Source: Amoebidium appalachense (lineage: Eukaryota > Protista > Ichthyosporea). From it: DNA of 64,000 nucleotides. The notes under the pieces were generated by a model. It was not told the origin of the DNA and made no database searches. It saw nothing but the letters and a program-made list of their open reading frames with translations. Below are positions 37,010-49,428 of this stretch, in pieces; position 1 is the first letter of the stretch, and each line of letters begins with the position of its first letter. The translations under genes and the position numbers were made by a program. Location of the stretch: positions 2,161,527 through 2,225,526 of the forward strand of contig CAVNZM010000017.1 in assembly GCA_963693365.1 (NCBI GenBank), given 5' to 3'.

Positions 37010-38699
37010 TTAGCCCAAGGGAAGGTATAGGAACTCGTGGACCCAGGAGGGGAAGGGGCAGGGCTCCGGTTGCAGGGAAGGTCGGAGTCGTCGGGCCCGG
37101 GGAAGTTGGTTACGAGAAATGGCATCGGCCAGATGGTTGAGGGGTCCTGGTAGGTAGGATGCCTGTAACGTAAATTGGTATTGCATTTCCATGCGGGTGA
37201 TGAACCGAATAAGTTTGGCCATCACGGGGTGGGGGGAAGACCGGGAGTGCAGGTCAGACACAGCACCCGTGTTGTCGCATAAAATACGGACATGGTGGGT
37301 GGACCAGGAGGGGGCCCAGAGGGCCACGGCGGCTGCGATGGCCAGGAGTTCGATGACGGAAGAACCGAGTTTACCCTCATGAGCATAGAGGGCTTGGGTG
37401 GAGGGGGACCAGGGCATGAAGAACCATTGGTCGAGCCAGTGGCCTCCTAGACCCACCGATCCGGCAGCATCAGTGGCCAGGGTGGTGTATGTGGGGGGTG
37501 TGATGAGGTGCACCCCATTCCATGATGTGAGGAACTGGTGCCATTCGGCTATGTCGGCCCGGGCGGCAGCAGTCAGTCGTATGTGGTGGTGGCCGGCAAG
37601 GTGTGGGTGGGTCCGGAGAAGGGCCCATAGGCGCTGGGAGAAGGCCCTCCCGGGGGGAACCAGCTGGGCACACCAGGTGAGTTTGCCGAGGAGGGACTGG
37701 AGGTCCCGAATGGTGATGGTGGGCTTTGGGTGGGAAGTGAGGTCGAGTAGGTCCGAGAGCTTGGAAGCCGGGATTCGTGCCTCCATGGTGATGGAGTCGA
37801 ATTCGATACCGATGAAGACGACACGGGTAGCCGGGCCCTGCATCTTGTCTTCGGAGATGGCAATGTGCAGCTCTCGGCAGAGTTGAAGGAAGGTGGATAG
37901 GTGACGTTGGCACTGCTCTTGGGTGGGGGCGACTATAATCCAGTCGTCTACGTAGTGGCGGATGAGGGTAATACCGTGCTGGTGTGCCAGCCACTGTAGG
38001 GTGGCCGCGATCCGTTCCCAGATGGCTGGGCTAGATTTCAGGCCGAAGGGCAGTCTGGTTTCAACGTAAAAATGCCCTTGCCATTTGAATGCCATTAAGT
38101 GGTGGTCTTCCGGTCGGATGGGCATGTGCCGGAAGGCAGCCTGCACATCTGCCACGGCCATGTAGCAGCCGGGGCCTGCGTCGAGAATGAGTTGGGTGAC
38201 ATCCCGGGCGCGAATGTACTGAAGTTCGTCGGGGTAGGTGATGCTGTCATTGACACTGCTACCCCGGGGCCAGGAGAGGTGGTGGATTCGACGGTACTTG
38301 GGGGGGTTCCCTTTCTTGGTAACGGCGCCGATGGGGGGAGGAACGGTGGACCGGAAATTCGTCAAAGAATTGGGCCGGGGAGAGGGGGCCGCGCAGGTGG
38401 CCGAGGGCGACTTCTTTGGCAATATCCACCGTGATAGCGGCAGCTGCCTCCGGGGTGGTGGGTAGGTTGGGGCCCACCCGAGAGGTGGAGGGGCCGCGAT
38501 AGCCGATGTCGACGCCGAATTCGACATCGTGGAGGAGTTGTGCGGCGAATGGTTGGTCCGGGTAGGAAGCCAGCAGTTCCCGGAGGCGGGAGGTGTCAAT
38601 GTGGTGCTGGGGCAGCGGGCGGGCCTCCGGGTCTGCCGTGAGCCTCGGGGGAAGGGGTGGTTAGCAAGGGTGGTGTACCCTTGGGGAGATCCCGGCAGG

Positions 38700-38747
<48 letters not shown>

Positions 38748-38860
38748 CAGGGCCCCGGGGGTTAAACTAGGGCAGCTGGGCCCAAGTGAGGGTTGGCAGG
38801 GAGGGCAGCGGGGCCCTGTGCAGGGGAATGTGCCCGAGCACGCGGGGGTGTGGGCGGACA
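37010..38860 (-). pseudogene. Reverse transcriptase / RNase H of the Ngaro element (frameshifts in the N-terminal part)
   Basis: GAVTKK...YRRIHHLSWP, ADVQAAFRH, RLPFGLKSSP, HYVDDW; RNase H motifs TDAA, IELLAI, CDN, NHLADAISR. The start is approximate. Confidence 0.92.
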
Positions 38861-39142
38861 CAGAGGTAGAAGAAGGGGGGGGGGAGGGAGTGCTAGGTGA
38901 GTGTAAGGGGGGGGGGGGGAGGCTCGTGGGATGGGGGGGGAGTAAAATTATGTGCAGTGGCCAGAATAAACGTCTTTGTGTAGGGACATTTATTCTTGAC
39001 GCGCGCGGGCGCCGTAGTTGGCCTGCGAAATTTTGTACTCAGCCCTATTGGCCCGTTCTCCCGAGCTCCGTTTCCCTGTACTCGTGTGTCCTAGCTCCTA
39101 ACCCCTATGTTCTAGAGCTGTGTGTGTGGGTGTGCGCGTAGA

Positions 39143-40324
39143 CTAGGCATTGTGCTTGCAGTCTTTGCGGGGGTGTGTGCCAGAGCAGAGCGGGCACACG
39201 TGGGAGAAGGGGCAGGGCTGCTTAGCGCAGGACCGACCGTTAATGTGGAAATTCCTGCAGTGCGTCGCGGGTAGATCCACGGGTCGGGCCGGTTTTGCCG
39301 GGCCGGGTTGCGGGCCAGGGCGGTTAGGGGTTTGACCCCCGCCGGGCTTGTGGGGCGGCTTAAAGCCGTCAAGACCACAGCCGGGCTTGGGGTACATGGG
39401 GCAGGCCGCGCTGGGGTGGTCGGGGGAAGCCACAGCGCTGACATGCGTCCGGGATGAGCAGAGTGGGTGGCAGGAGGAGATCCTGGTGGAGTTGGGCGAG
39501 CAGGTTGGGACACTCGATCGGAGCCCGACCCTGCTGGTGGGCAACGGTGCGGGCGTATACGTCATAGTTGTGGATCTGGGCCCACGGGTATCGGGTGCTG
39601 AGGCGAGTGATGTGCTGAGTCCAAAGTACGTCTTTGTCCGTGGGGAGGCCGAGGTGGTGCTTGGCGGCCATGTAATGGGTCCAAGCTTGGATCCAAATGA
39701 CGAGTGAACGCAGGGGAACGGGTTTGTCTTGGCGAAAAGTCTCGATGCTGCCGTCGTCGGCCATGCGCAGATGCTGACCTTTCTTGGATGGGGCCAGGAG
39801 GGCGGCGGGGGTGAACTTATACAGGTCGACGAAACGATTGGCGCGCAAATCTGCCAGCACATCCGCGGGGGGAAGCGGGAGCGTGCCCGGCTGAATGTCG
39901 CCAGTGTTCTCACCTGTGATGGGGGGCGCGGGCAGGGCAGGTAGGTCTAGGTCAGGGCCGAGATGCAGCCCCGGGGAAACCTCCCCGGGTGTGGAGGGCG
40001 CGGCGGGGGGCGCGGGAGGGTCGCGGTTGGTGAGAGCAGCCAGGACGCCAGCCATCTGGGTGCTGATGGCGGTGAGGGCGGCCAGGACGGCGTCTTGAGA
40101 AGTCATCCGAGAGTCTGCGGGGACGGCGGGGCCTGAGGGGGGACTTCAGGAGTGGAGGGGAGAGTAGCCGGCGGGTCCGGGTCCGTGGTGGTATGGGCCG
40201 CTGGAGGCGCGTCAGTGTCCGCGGGAGCGTTGGTCAGCCTGTGCCACCGGAGGTCGCTGCGGGTCAGGCGCTTAGGTGCCGCGGCAGGGGCGGCTGCTGA
40301 GGCCTGGCGCTTTTTCGGCGGCAT
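39143..40324 (-). pseudogene. Gag-like ORF1 of the Ngaro element with zinc fingers (two frameshifts)
   Basis: Pieced from three overlapping ORFs: MPPKKRQ..., FVDL...WIQAWTHY...WAQIHNYDVYAR, the knuckle CQRCG/SPDHPSAAC, and the terminal CRNF...C....C...HVCPLCSGTHPRKDC. Confidence 0.85.
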
Positions 40325-40354
40325 GCTGACCGGCGTAGGGAAAGATAGGGAGAA

Positions 40355-40705
40355 TGAAAAGGAATATATAGCTGTAAGGCTGTGGATGCTAAACACAGAA
40401 GATGTGTTTGTAGCTTGCTGATCTGCTAAAAACTGTCATGCTTATATACCTAAGCCTACCGATCTGAGCCAATCAAAAATCGATCTAGTGATATGTGAAA
40501 TCTGATCCGAGCCAATCATAACTCGGTCTAGTGATCTGTGGTATCTGATGTTTTGACTGGCTAATAGGTGCCCCGTGTGCGGGCAGCCAACCGCTAACTG
40601 CTAAAACACGAAATGAAGCCTACATGGTTATGTTGGTATCGAACACCCATCCTACGTGTTTACCCAGAAAAATATTTATGTCAATAATTTCCACAAATAA
40701 AACCT
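40355..40705 (-). repeat. A1 terminal repeat of the Ngaro element; likely internal promoter
   Basis: About 350 bp matching 35452-35801. It contains repeated AGCCAATCA boxes and a TATATAA (minus strand, ~40442-40448) about 120 nt before the gag ATG. Confidence 0.9.
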
Positions 40706-42543
40706 GCGGCAGTGCCAAGCAGCGCTAACTAATAATAATAGCTGCCATTGCTATTCACAGCCTTCACTGTCACCGTGACTCCAGCTTATGACTCACGGAT
40801 ACACACGTTTAACGTGCACCTCACCTGAGAGTGTTGTCTGTGCGCATGCCGAGGTTGTGCCACACAGCCCAGCAGCCACCAAAGCAGCCGCCCACAGAAA
40901 TTTCCCCATGGCTACAGCTTCAAGCGGCACCGCAGACAAAATCTACACAGCCAGAGCCTGGGGGGCGAGGCCGCCCTTTAGCTTATTAGGCTGTCACACG
41001 CGTTGTGACAGGCCTGAGTGACTCAGCCCTGGTACCGACTGGAGAGATATATGCGACGGTATTATTAAACTCAAGAACCCGTGCTATTAGTCTAATAGAT
41101 GTGAGCACGAATTTGATCGATTTGTGGGGACCCCACTGACTACTGCAAGTTCAGTGTGCAAGGCAGCGGCACCGTGATGCTCATGTTATTCTGTGTGGCG
41201 CTACGTTATGTTATTCTCATGCGCATGCACACTTGTATGTAAAGTTCGACACACCCAACTCACACCATGCCTACCGTTTTACACATATTTCTTTCATGTT
41301 TCAGGGTCTGACAGCACGAGTCTAGGTTTACAATCTATGGCATTTATAGTTCTCGGAGAAAACAAAGAAAAAGGGGGGAAATAAATATATATAAATCATT
41401 TTTCTCTCACCGGTACTCTGCAGCTGCATGTTGGAATCCCCGGATTCCCCGGGGCAACGGAATGCGCAAAAAATGCTAACTATTCCAACCCAACAGGGTG
41501 TGCTAGGAATAATAATAACCCGGTTTCTTATTTTCCGTATTGGCCAAAAAGTTTTTGGGATAAACCCCACCGATCCATCGTCAATTACAACTCAAAAGAA
41601 CATCCCTGCCATTAAGAAAAAAAATAAACTGGCACTTCTCACTGTCCAGCAAGTTGCAGTATACACATGCCATCATTCATGATCATGGTATCCGATATAG
41701 CGCTTTCGGTTTTCACGTTTTCCCGTCCCCGGGGAAATAGAGAAGATTCCTAGAGAGATCTCGTCTTACCCAATCAAATTTACAGATAACTAAAAATAGA
41801 TCCCCCATCCCAAATGTATCCATCTTTGTCTCGAACAAAAGGGCAACGTTAACTCTGAACCATTGAAATTAGAAGAAGAAACAACTAAGGTAGCTTCTTG
41901 GCCAAGTCCAGTTTTTGGTCATGAGGAAATAAGGGCCATATATAATACTGTAATTGGTATCAAGACGACATCCTTCCGCCCGGGCAGGGTCGGGTATCCC
42001 CCACGGATCCGGATTCCGCAACATGGCATTCCGCAATCGCGCGGCAGGCGCTGCGCAGCCGGATGCGGCTACTTCAGCAGGGCCGGGTATGTATGTACAA
42101 AGAGAATCATGCCAATTTCTATTTCCGCCTACATTATAAGACACACCAGCTATTGTATTAACACCGGTAAGCTTATATGTACATACATTAGTCGTGATAT
42201 AATCAAGGTCCCATTATCCACCTGTACGACGTGTATGTACCCTCACAACTATAGCTAAAAGCTATATATTTTGGGGGTTTACGCTGTTTACTCGAGGCAA
42301 AGAGAACCAGTCTCAGGTATGGGGGGGGGGGGTTTTGCTCGGAATATCCCCTCAGCGGTATATCATGATCACGTACATAGATGTCGGGTGGTGACTATAT
42401 ATCAGGGTTTACTTTCTCTACGAGACACCATAAAGACTACAAGGAGAAATCAATTAGTTGGGGTTCCCCGTTTTATTTTTATTTTTTTATTTTTTATTTT
42501 TTATTTTTTATTTTTTATTTTTTATTTTTTATTTTTTATTTTT

Positions 42544-42583
<40 letters not shown>

Positions 42584-42615
42584 GGGCTCCCCTCGGGACA
42601 CTCGGTATCAGCTGG

Positions 42616-42666
<51 letters not shown>

Positions 42667-42687
42667 GTGTGTGTGTGTGCGCGTGCG

Positions 42688-45600
42688 CTATAATTTTGTA
42701 GTGATGTGTTTCTCAAGCCAATCAATACATCTAATAAACAGGTCGTAGTTACGCGTGTTTAGTATAAAATCAAGGATGTTGTAATTTACAGGTAGGCTAT
42801 CTTTCTGGGTGTCTGTTGTGAATGTGACGTGTGTGTGTTGCGGTATTATGTGGTCTATCAAACTACATTTGGCGATACATGACCGGTTAAACTGGTGTGT
42901 GTGTGTGTTGTTTGGGCATGCAAATGATGCCACCTTATACTTATTTAGTAGATCTCCACTGTATAGCACGTGTACAGTAAAAGCGTGGTAATTGATCAAT
43001 AATACCATCAGCTAGAGAAAGACCAGTTCTACAGGAAGGTAATATGTATTTAGGTGTTATACACTTGCGAGTGCCATATTTGGCAATATGGTTGAGGCGG
43101 TCAGTATATATAAAACGAGACATAAGGCTTAGTTTTTCAAGGTGTATGCTTTCATCGGGTCTAGTGTCGTGTGGTATCTTTTTCCATTTGTTATATTGCG
43201 TGATTATCTTGTGATTGTGTACATGTTTAATAAGTAAGTGGCAGTCCAAAGTCACACACACACTATTGCGGGGTTTATTTGTATTTGTGCCCAGGGGAGA
43301 AGGGGAGAGAGAGGGGAGGAAAGAGGGGAGAGGTGAGGAGGGGACAGGTCGGATAGAGAAGAGAGGGTGGGAGGGCAAATACTTCTTTAAGCGGCTTATG
43401 TGCTTATTGAATTTCAGCGCGAGATAGGATACTCTAGCAGCTATTGGGACCAGACCATATATCGAGAGCGTTACAGGCCCAGGTTTACAACAGTTGTTAG
43501 ATAGAAAGGAGGCAACTTCTGCTTCAAGGAAATTTGCCAGGGGTTTAAGCGCTCTAGTTCTCTCTTTCTTGATCCAAGCGGCGAGAAGGGGTAAACCATA
43601 TTCACATGCCGGGAAGACAAAAGTGCGAATAAATGTAAGTCTAATAGAAGGATGGAGGGGTGTGTCTTTAAAAATATTCGCCGTCGGCGAGAAGAAAGCT
43701 AACCGCTTACGAGCCAACTCTACCCTCTTTTCGACCATATGGGGAAACATAACACCAACAGAATCAACCGGAACACCAAGATATTTGTATTCTGGAACTA
43801 TAGGTACAGGTTTAGATGATAATGTAAATGTGTGTAAATTGTTAGCTATATCAGGTACAAGAACACCACATTTGTCTATGTTAAGGATCATAAGGTTTGC
43901 CTTACACCACTCTGACACTACATCGAACAATCTTTGCAGGCGTCTAGGGGTACGGGCAAGGAGGGACAGATCATCAGCATAGAGAAGTGCAGGCGGAAAG
44001 TTATTAATAGGGTCATCGTTTTCGGCGTAAATCTTGACAGCCAAATCATCTATAAATAGGTTAAACAAAAAGGGGCTAAGCAATGAACCCTGCAAGAGAC
44101 CTCTAGTACGAGCAAAACCATATGAAAGATGCCCATTAACCACAGCTCTACCATAGGTTTGAGACAAGAGTGCTTCTAACAGAACACCAATGCAGTGTGG
44201 TACACCCCGTGCAGCAAGCTTTTCCCATAGGAGACCAGGGGAGACAGAATCGTAAGCAGTTTTCCAATCAATAAAGCCAACATATTGTGCACCAACTTGC
44301 ATAGAATCGTGCAGTGCCATTATTTGAACATAACATGAATTGTTTTTACGAAAAGCGGATTGGCATGGGTGTATGTGAAGAATAGATTGAAACCTAGGGT
44401 GATGTGCAAATAACCTAAGTAAGCAAGCTTCAAAGAATCTACGAACAACCTGGGTTAGTGTAATGGGGCGAAAGGATGATATGGGGCCCTCAGAGTCCTT
44501 CTTAACTATGGGGATCACTAAGGTATCTAACCAAGATCGGATGACGGGACATGTCCACATTTAACACACCAAGAAAAGAGAGAGCTTACATGATAGTAAG
44601 ATCAGGTTTAATAGCACGATCACTTTCCTTTTGTGGGTAGGAGGGAACAAGGATTTTAAGAAACCCAGCAGGGAGTCCATCAGGTCCACAAGACTTACTA
44701 GAGCTATAACTAGATATCACAGACCATATGGCATCGGGACTGAAAAAGGGGAGGATCGATTCTATGGGGATAGATGGGTCTACAGGCCACACAATAGGTT
44801 TCTGAGCGGGGGTCCTATCTTTAAACAGTTCCGAGAAATACTTATCAGAGTCTATGAGGGGGTCTCCAGTGGTATCACCAATAATACGAGCAGGGGGGCC
44901 AAATCGATTCATACTAGCAAGCCGGCGCAAGCTTTCCTTTTGAGACAGGGGTTCACCTAGTCTAGCGGGAGTGGTGTTTGGTAACAAGAGAGCATCGGGA
45001 TATTCCTTCCTACCACCGCCAGCATAATCACCGAGATCTATCAAATCATCAACAATAAAGTTAGTGCATGTATCTAGTACGAGATGTGAATCTGGCCTGG
45101 CTTGTGCAGATTCTAATAGGCGCATATATATAGGGTGTTTCGTAGCATAGCATACACATACATCAACTCTACCCCACTGTGACTTAAGCTGGGATAGACG
45201 GAGGCGAAAGGTGGGAGGAGGAGGGGGGAGCAGATCAAGGGAGATCTTAGGTAGGAAAAGGATAGGAGAGTGGTCAGATGACCTAGAGAGGTTAGGAGGG
45301 AGAGAGAGTTTTGACATGGTTGATGGCCAAAAGGCCACTCCCCAGTCGGTGTTGTGGGCATGGGATATTTGAGGGAACCGCAAAGTGTGACTTTGGACAT
45401 ACCTTGCTAAAGAGATAGCACGCTCCGGGGGCTTAGATGGGTACCCGACACTCACTTGCAGTGTGTCTGTGTGGTGGAGTCGCGTGTTAAAATCACCTAA
45501 AATAACAGTGGACATTGGTAACTGTGACAACTCGTGAGTCAATTCGACAACCGACATAGAGATGGTGGGTAATATACAAAAGTAAAAACATTAGAAAGAA

Positions 45601-45898
45601 ACTCTATAGAAACCGAGAATTCCGTTTTTGCTACCGGTTTGCACTTCACTCTCACGTGTGGTGCGGCAAGTACAATAATGCCTCGGTTTTTCGCGTAACC
45701 GGGGTGTGTGGATGTGTCGACCAATGTAGAGTTGAATTTGTGGTGGTTTTTGAACTGTGTTTCGCAAATCACTGTAAACGTGTGGTTGTTTGTCTGTTGT
45801 TGTATGTAGCTGATTTTATCGTCGAGTGTCCCGGGGGGGAGGCCCTTTTGGGGGCCCAGTGTCCGAGCATTCCAGAAGAAGAAGGATAAATTAGGCAT
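42688..45898 (-). pseudogene. LINE ORF2: apurinic endonuclease + reverse transcriptase + Cys-rich C-terminus, with three disruptions
   Basis: APE motifs: FWNARTL, ICETQF, YYPPS, LGDFN, SSDHSPI. RT motifs: FRPITL, FIDWKTAYDSV, GLLQGSLLSPFLFN, LYADDL, YKYLG. C-terminus: QWR...C....H.FNRSC...C...ILDFILN. Breaks occur near 45550, 44570 and 42945. Confidence 0.92.
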
Positions 45899-47075
45899 CG
45901 GTTTGGTCCGACACCTGTGGGGTTGGTTCCCACTTGTCGCTTACGGGGTCGTATGCACGACCTTCCGCCAGCGCGAACAGTTCGCAGAAGAGCTCGATTT
46001 CCATCTCGCATCGGCGTTTGCGCTCGAGCAGTTTCTCACCAGAAAACATTGGTTCCTTCGTGTCCGTGTCTATCACGCTCGTAGCATCGTTTTCCAACTT
46101 TGCGAGGAACTCTTTTGCCTTGCTGATGCGTACACGACAACGTGTGGCGCACGCATTCTTAGCAGACACTTTACGTTCTTTGTCTGCTTTCTGAATGTTT
46201 TCCGGCGGGCATGGGTCGTAGCTTGGGAGGTGGGTGAAGAAGCTTCCACACCCCTTTGTCGCGTCACGGATGAACGCACGGTTATAGTCGCCCCGTACTG
46301 CTACTTCCAGCACATCGTATCCAATGAAGGACAGACAAAGGATGCGAGAGCACCGGAAGCCGAGAGCCTTGAAGATGGACCACATGGCCCTGTGTGGGCG
46401 TCTGCCGTGCTTGACTTTGAAATACACCCTCTCGTATTTGGGTGGGATGTTGATGCTACCGTTTGCTTGGGTGTTCCCCTTAGCCGGCGGTTTGGGAGGG
46501 GAGTTGCGGCGGTACTCGTTGCCTGCAAGAATGCTGGCATATGTTTCCTTGGCAATTTGGCGGAGCTCGGGTGTTTTACGAGAGTTCGCATATTCTAGGA
46601 ACTCTGCCGGGAGCTGTGCTTCCGGTCCTGTGTTGTTTTGTGTTGGGGTGGAAATGTCTCCGTCGCGAGATGTTTGCTCATGAGTTTTGGGGTTTTGCGA
46701 TCCACTAATGTTTAGCTGGGCTGTGAGTGAATCAATGGTGAGCTTGAGTTGGGTATTTTCTGTTTGGAGTTTTTCTATCATGTTCTTGAGTGGTAACAGC
46801 TCATTTAGCTGTTTCTTAACGAGGGCAAGTTCTGCCAGTACTGTATCAACCGAAAGTTTCGGCATGGTTGTTATTGTGTTTCTACGGAGTGGTGTGGTGT
46901 TATTCTGAATGGGTAGTGTATTGTAAATAGGTGTTGCGCTTAGTCTAAGGCGATGTTTTTCTGGTTGTGCATCTGTGGTAGGTGTATCTGCTGGACGTTT
47001 TAATGGTCGCACATGTGTGATGGGTGTAGATGGAACTTTGAAAGAGGTTCTGAAACGATTATAGGCATGTGCCAT
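45891..47075 (-). CDS. LINE ORF1 protein (coiled coil + RRM-like region), 394 aa, uninterrupted
   Basis: Coiled coil LAELALVKKQLNEL...LQTENTQLKLTIDSL, then YERVYF...FKALGFRCSRILCLSFIGYDVLEVAVRGDY...YDP. Its stop overlaps the ORF2 ATG by 8 nt (ATGCCTAA). Confidence 0.8.
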   Translation of the reverse strand: MAHAYNRFRTSFKVPSTPITHVRPLKRPADTPTTDAQPEKHRLRLSATPIYNTLPIQNNTTPLRRNTITTMPKLSVDTVLAELALVKKQLNELLPLKNMIEKLQTENTQLKLTIDSLTAQLNISGSQNPKTHEQTSRDGDISTPTQNNTGPEAQLPAEFLEYANSRKTPELRQIAKETYASILAGNEYRRNSPPKPPAKGNTQANGSINIPPKYERVYFKVKHGRRPHRAMWSIFKALGFRCSRILCLSFIGYDVLEVAVRGDYNRAFIRDATKGCGSFFTHLPSYDPCPPENIQKADKERKVSAKNACATRCRVRISKAKEFLAKLENDATSVIDTDTKEPMFSGEKLLERKRRCEMEIELFCELFALAEGRAYDPVSDKWEPTPQVSDQTDA

Positions 47076-47179
47076 GACATGGATGGGGGTGTTCCCCGGC
47101 CCTTAGGGCCACGGATGGCCTGGTTTAGGGGTGGATGCGCGAAGGATACTATTTATTAGCAGATAATAAAAAGCGACAT

Positions 47180-47231
47180 TTGAATCGATGTGTGCGACTG
47201 AATCGATGTGTGCGACTGAATCGATGTGTGC
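47180..47231. repeat. 18-bp tandem repeat (about 3 copies) between the two LINEs
   Basis: TGAATCGATGTGTGCGAC is repeated. Confidence 0.9.
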
Positions 47232-47415
47232 ATATTTTGGCTTGGCATCGTATTTGCCCCGCACGCGCTGTTGAGCTACATTTTTGTGACGTCACACGGT
47301 GCCTTTGGTGCATGGTTTGTAGTTGCAGTGATTGGTCCGCTTCAGGTTATTCTTTGTTTTAAAGAAATTAAAAAAAGACTTGAACTAAAAGTTTGGCTCA
47401 AGGGCAGGTACAAGT

Positions 47416-48411
47416 GGGGGTTTACACACTTTTTATTGCGTGGACATTGCCGGAGGCCCAGCCACATTCGACGGCCTACTGCGTTTTCCAGCACAGCCAA
47501 TCAAATGCAGCCAGTGACATATGTACATGCTAGGCAACAATGAGCGCCATCGTAGGATCTGACACCCCTATTACATATTATGGGTAAGCAGATGCTAGCA
47601 TCGGTAGCTCCGACAGAAAGTTAAGGCACCGGATCACAATATCATACTGTGCAGCATTAATAAGGTGATCTAGGATAGTCATCTTAAAACGGATATATTG
47701 AGGAAGAGATGAAGAAAAGAGAATAAAACCGCCAATAACCTCCGGTTCTAATACATTAGCTAACAGGTTGCATTTATTGATAGATATGCAGCCGCGAGTA
47801 AACCGCCCCCCACACATATTACACATACGAGCAGGAGACACCAGAAACCGATTACACCGCCAAGCCATAATCATCTTTGCGTTTTTACACCACACCACAT
47901 TACGAATAAACGAATCTATGTATGAACGAGACTCTCTAACCGTATCCGCCATATAGGCTACTAGTAGTTGGTGTTTGTGCGGTCCTAACACCGGAAGGGA
48001 CTCAACACGTAGAGTAAAAAGATATCTATCAGCCATAGACTTGAAACTGTTCATATTCACACTATGATCTAGCCGTACCTCCGGGGGGGTCGCCAGCCAT
48101 TCCACATAGCGCTCGGCAATGGGCAGAGACGATGGGGAAGGGAAGAGGTACAGGGGCGAATCCGGCGGGGATGCGTGTAGCCGGAAGAGCGGGTGGTCCG
48201 GGGCACAAGCGGACAGGCGGGTGATGTGCTCGTGAAATTTAAGGGCTAATTCGTGTACGCGTTGTGATGGTGGTGTGAGTGCGTAGAGAGAATCAAAAAG
48301 GCGTCTAGGGATAGGTGTGGAAAGACCAGTGAGAAACATACAACAAGTTGTGTAATGGAAATCATCTAATGATTTCTCGACCACGCGCGCCGCGCGCGCG
48401 GCCTCTCTCAT
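47416..48411 (-). mobile_element. 5'-truncated LINE 3' fragment with an open ORF2 C-terminus (47578-48411)
   Basis: RVHELALKFHEHITRL...HPLF parallels RVSYLALKFNKHISRL...HPLF in the neighbouring LINE. It also has WR...CNMCGGRFTRGC...C...ILDHLIN. A second copy lies at 34411-35072. Confidence 0.85.
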
Positions 48412-49334
48412 ACAGATAAATCTATCCCAAAACGTTTTGGCCAGTATCCTTTATTTATCTCAAATGTATCTTACATCAAGGCCTGATGTCAACCCGCACT
48501 ATATCACTATATCAATCCATCAGTTATCTGTTTATGTTTACAACTTGAAGTAGCGGCCGAATCATGATGCGGATAGTTTTACATTTAACATTCTAAAGTA
48601 GTGCAGCATTGGACTATGTGATGTTCCGTGCCGATTACGGTGATTTTTCGAGAACTTACCTTTACTTTCTTATTCTATTACAAAATATTATCCATATACT
48701 CATAATAGTATTTCTGAAAAAAATTATTTAGTATGCTTCGAATTGTGAACCATATCGCCATCATTTCTTATAGATAACGCACCTTCCTGGCTCGGAAATG
48801 GCGGAAGTATAAGATTTGCCGTGGCTATAGGGCTTGGCAAGACGCTATATCAATGATGTCGATGTACATGTTGTATTTGCAATGTCCTCGGCACTACCAG
48901 TGACTACCTTCGTTTTTTTTACTTTAGCTTTTTATTTTTTATTATAAATCCCTTCCCCCCGCTTCCCCCTTTTTTTCCTTTGTTTTGTTTTTATCTTCTA
49001 TTTTTTTCTTTCTCTTTTTCTTCTTTTCGCTATTGAATCGTGCGGTGTATAAGGCCGGCCTGCGAGTGCCGGGCCGTTGTAGTTGGCTTTTTTCATCAGC
49101 TGGAAATATAGGGTTCGAATGCAGGGTTCGAATGCCGTTCCTCAATAGCGGCCATGATGATTCTTGGAGTCACGTGAAATTGAGTGTCGGACAAAGCTAC
49201 ACACAACAGTAACTAGAAGTTGAAAGTTATGATGTGGTGATTTTGAATGAGAGATACTCATCATAAAAATTGTGTTCCTCTTCTTTCTTTTCAAGTTTCA
49301 TTGTCGTCCAGACCCCAGAAAACTGGGGAGGCCG

Positions 49335-49377
<43 letters not shown>

Positions 49378-49388
49378 AAGGACATGCT

Positions 49389-49428
<40 letters not shown>

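Larger units (their letters stand above)
35229..40705 (-). mobile_element. Complete Ngaro-type (DIRS order) tyrosine-recombinase retrotransposon with split direct repeats
   Basis: Order on the minus strand: A1 (40705-40355), gag, RT/RNase H, YR, B1 (35890-35798), A2 (35801-35452), a 130-bp spacer, B2 (35321-35229). The A copies differ at about 4 positions and the B copies look identical. Confidence 0.95.
42470..47135 (-). mobile_element. Near full-length APE-type non-LTR retrotransposon (LINE): ORF1 + ORF2, with an A-rich tail
   Basis: ORF1 is 47075-45891 and ORF2 is 45898-42688 in four pieces. The 3' UTR has (CA)n followed by poly(A)/(AAAAAAT)n at 42579-42472. No TSD was identified, so the ends are approximate. 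Confidence 0.9.

Noticed and set aside
35195-40780. Host exon disrupted by the Ngaro insertion (the rejoined flanks read IFTQELDQDLRQCQAAL...)
   Set aside because: The frame is short, with no homology evidence or partner exons, so it could be chance.
47076-47135. HDV-like ribozyme at the LINE 5' end
   Set aside because: Hairpins are present, but no UCC-type L3 or nested double pseudoknot could be assembled by eye.
49070-49140. tRNA gene or tRNA-derived SINE head (GGGTTCGAATGC twice)
   Set aside because: No cloverleaf or good A-box; it is best explained as a 13-bp tandem duplication.
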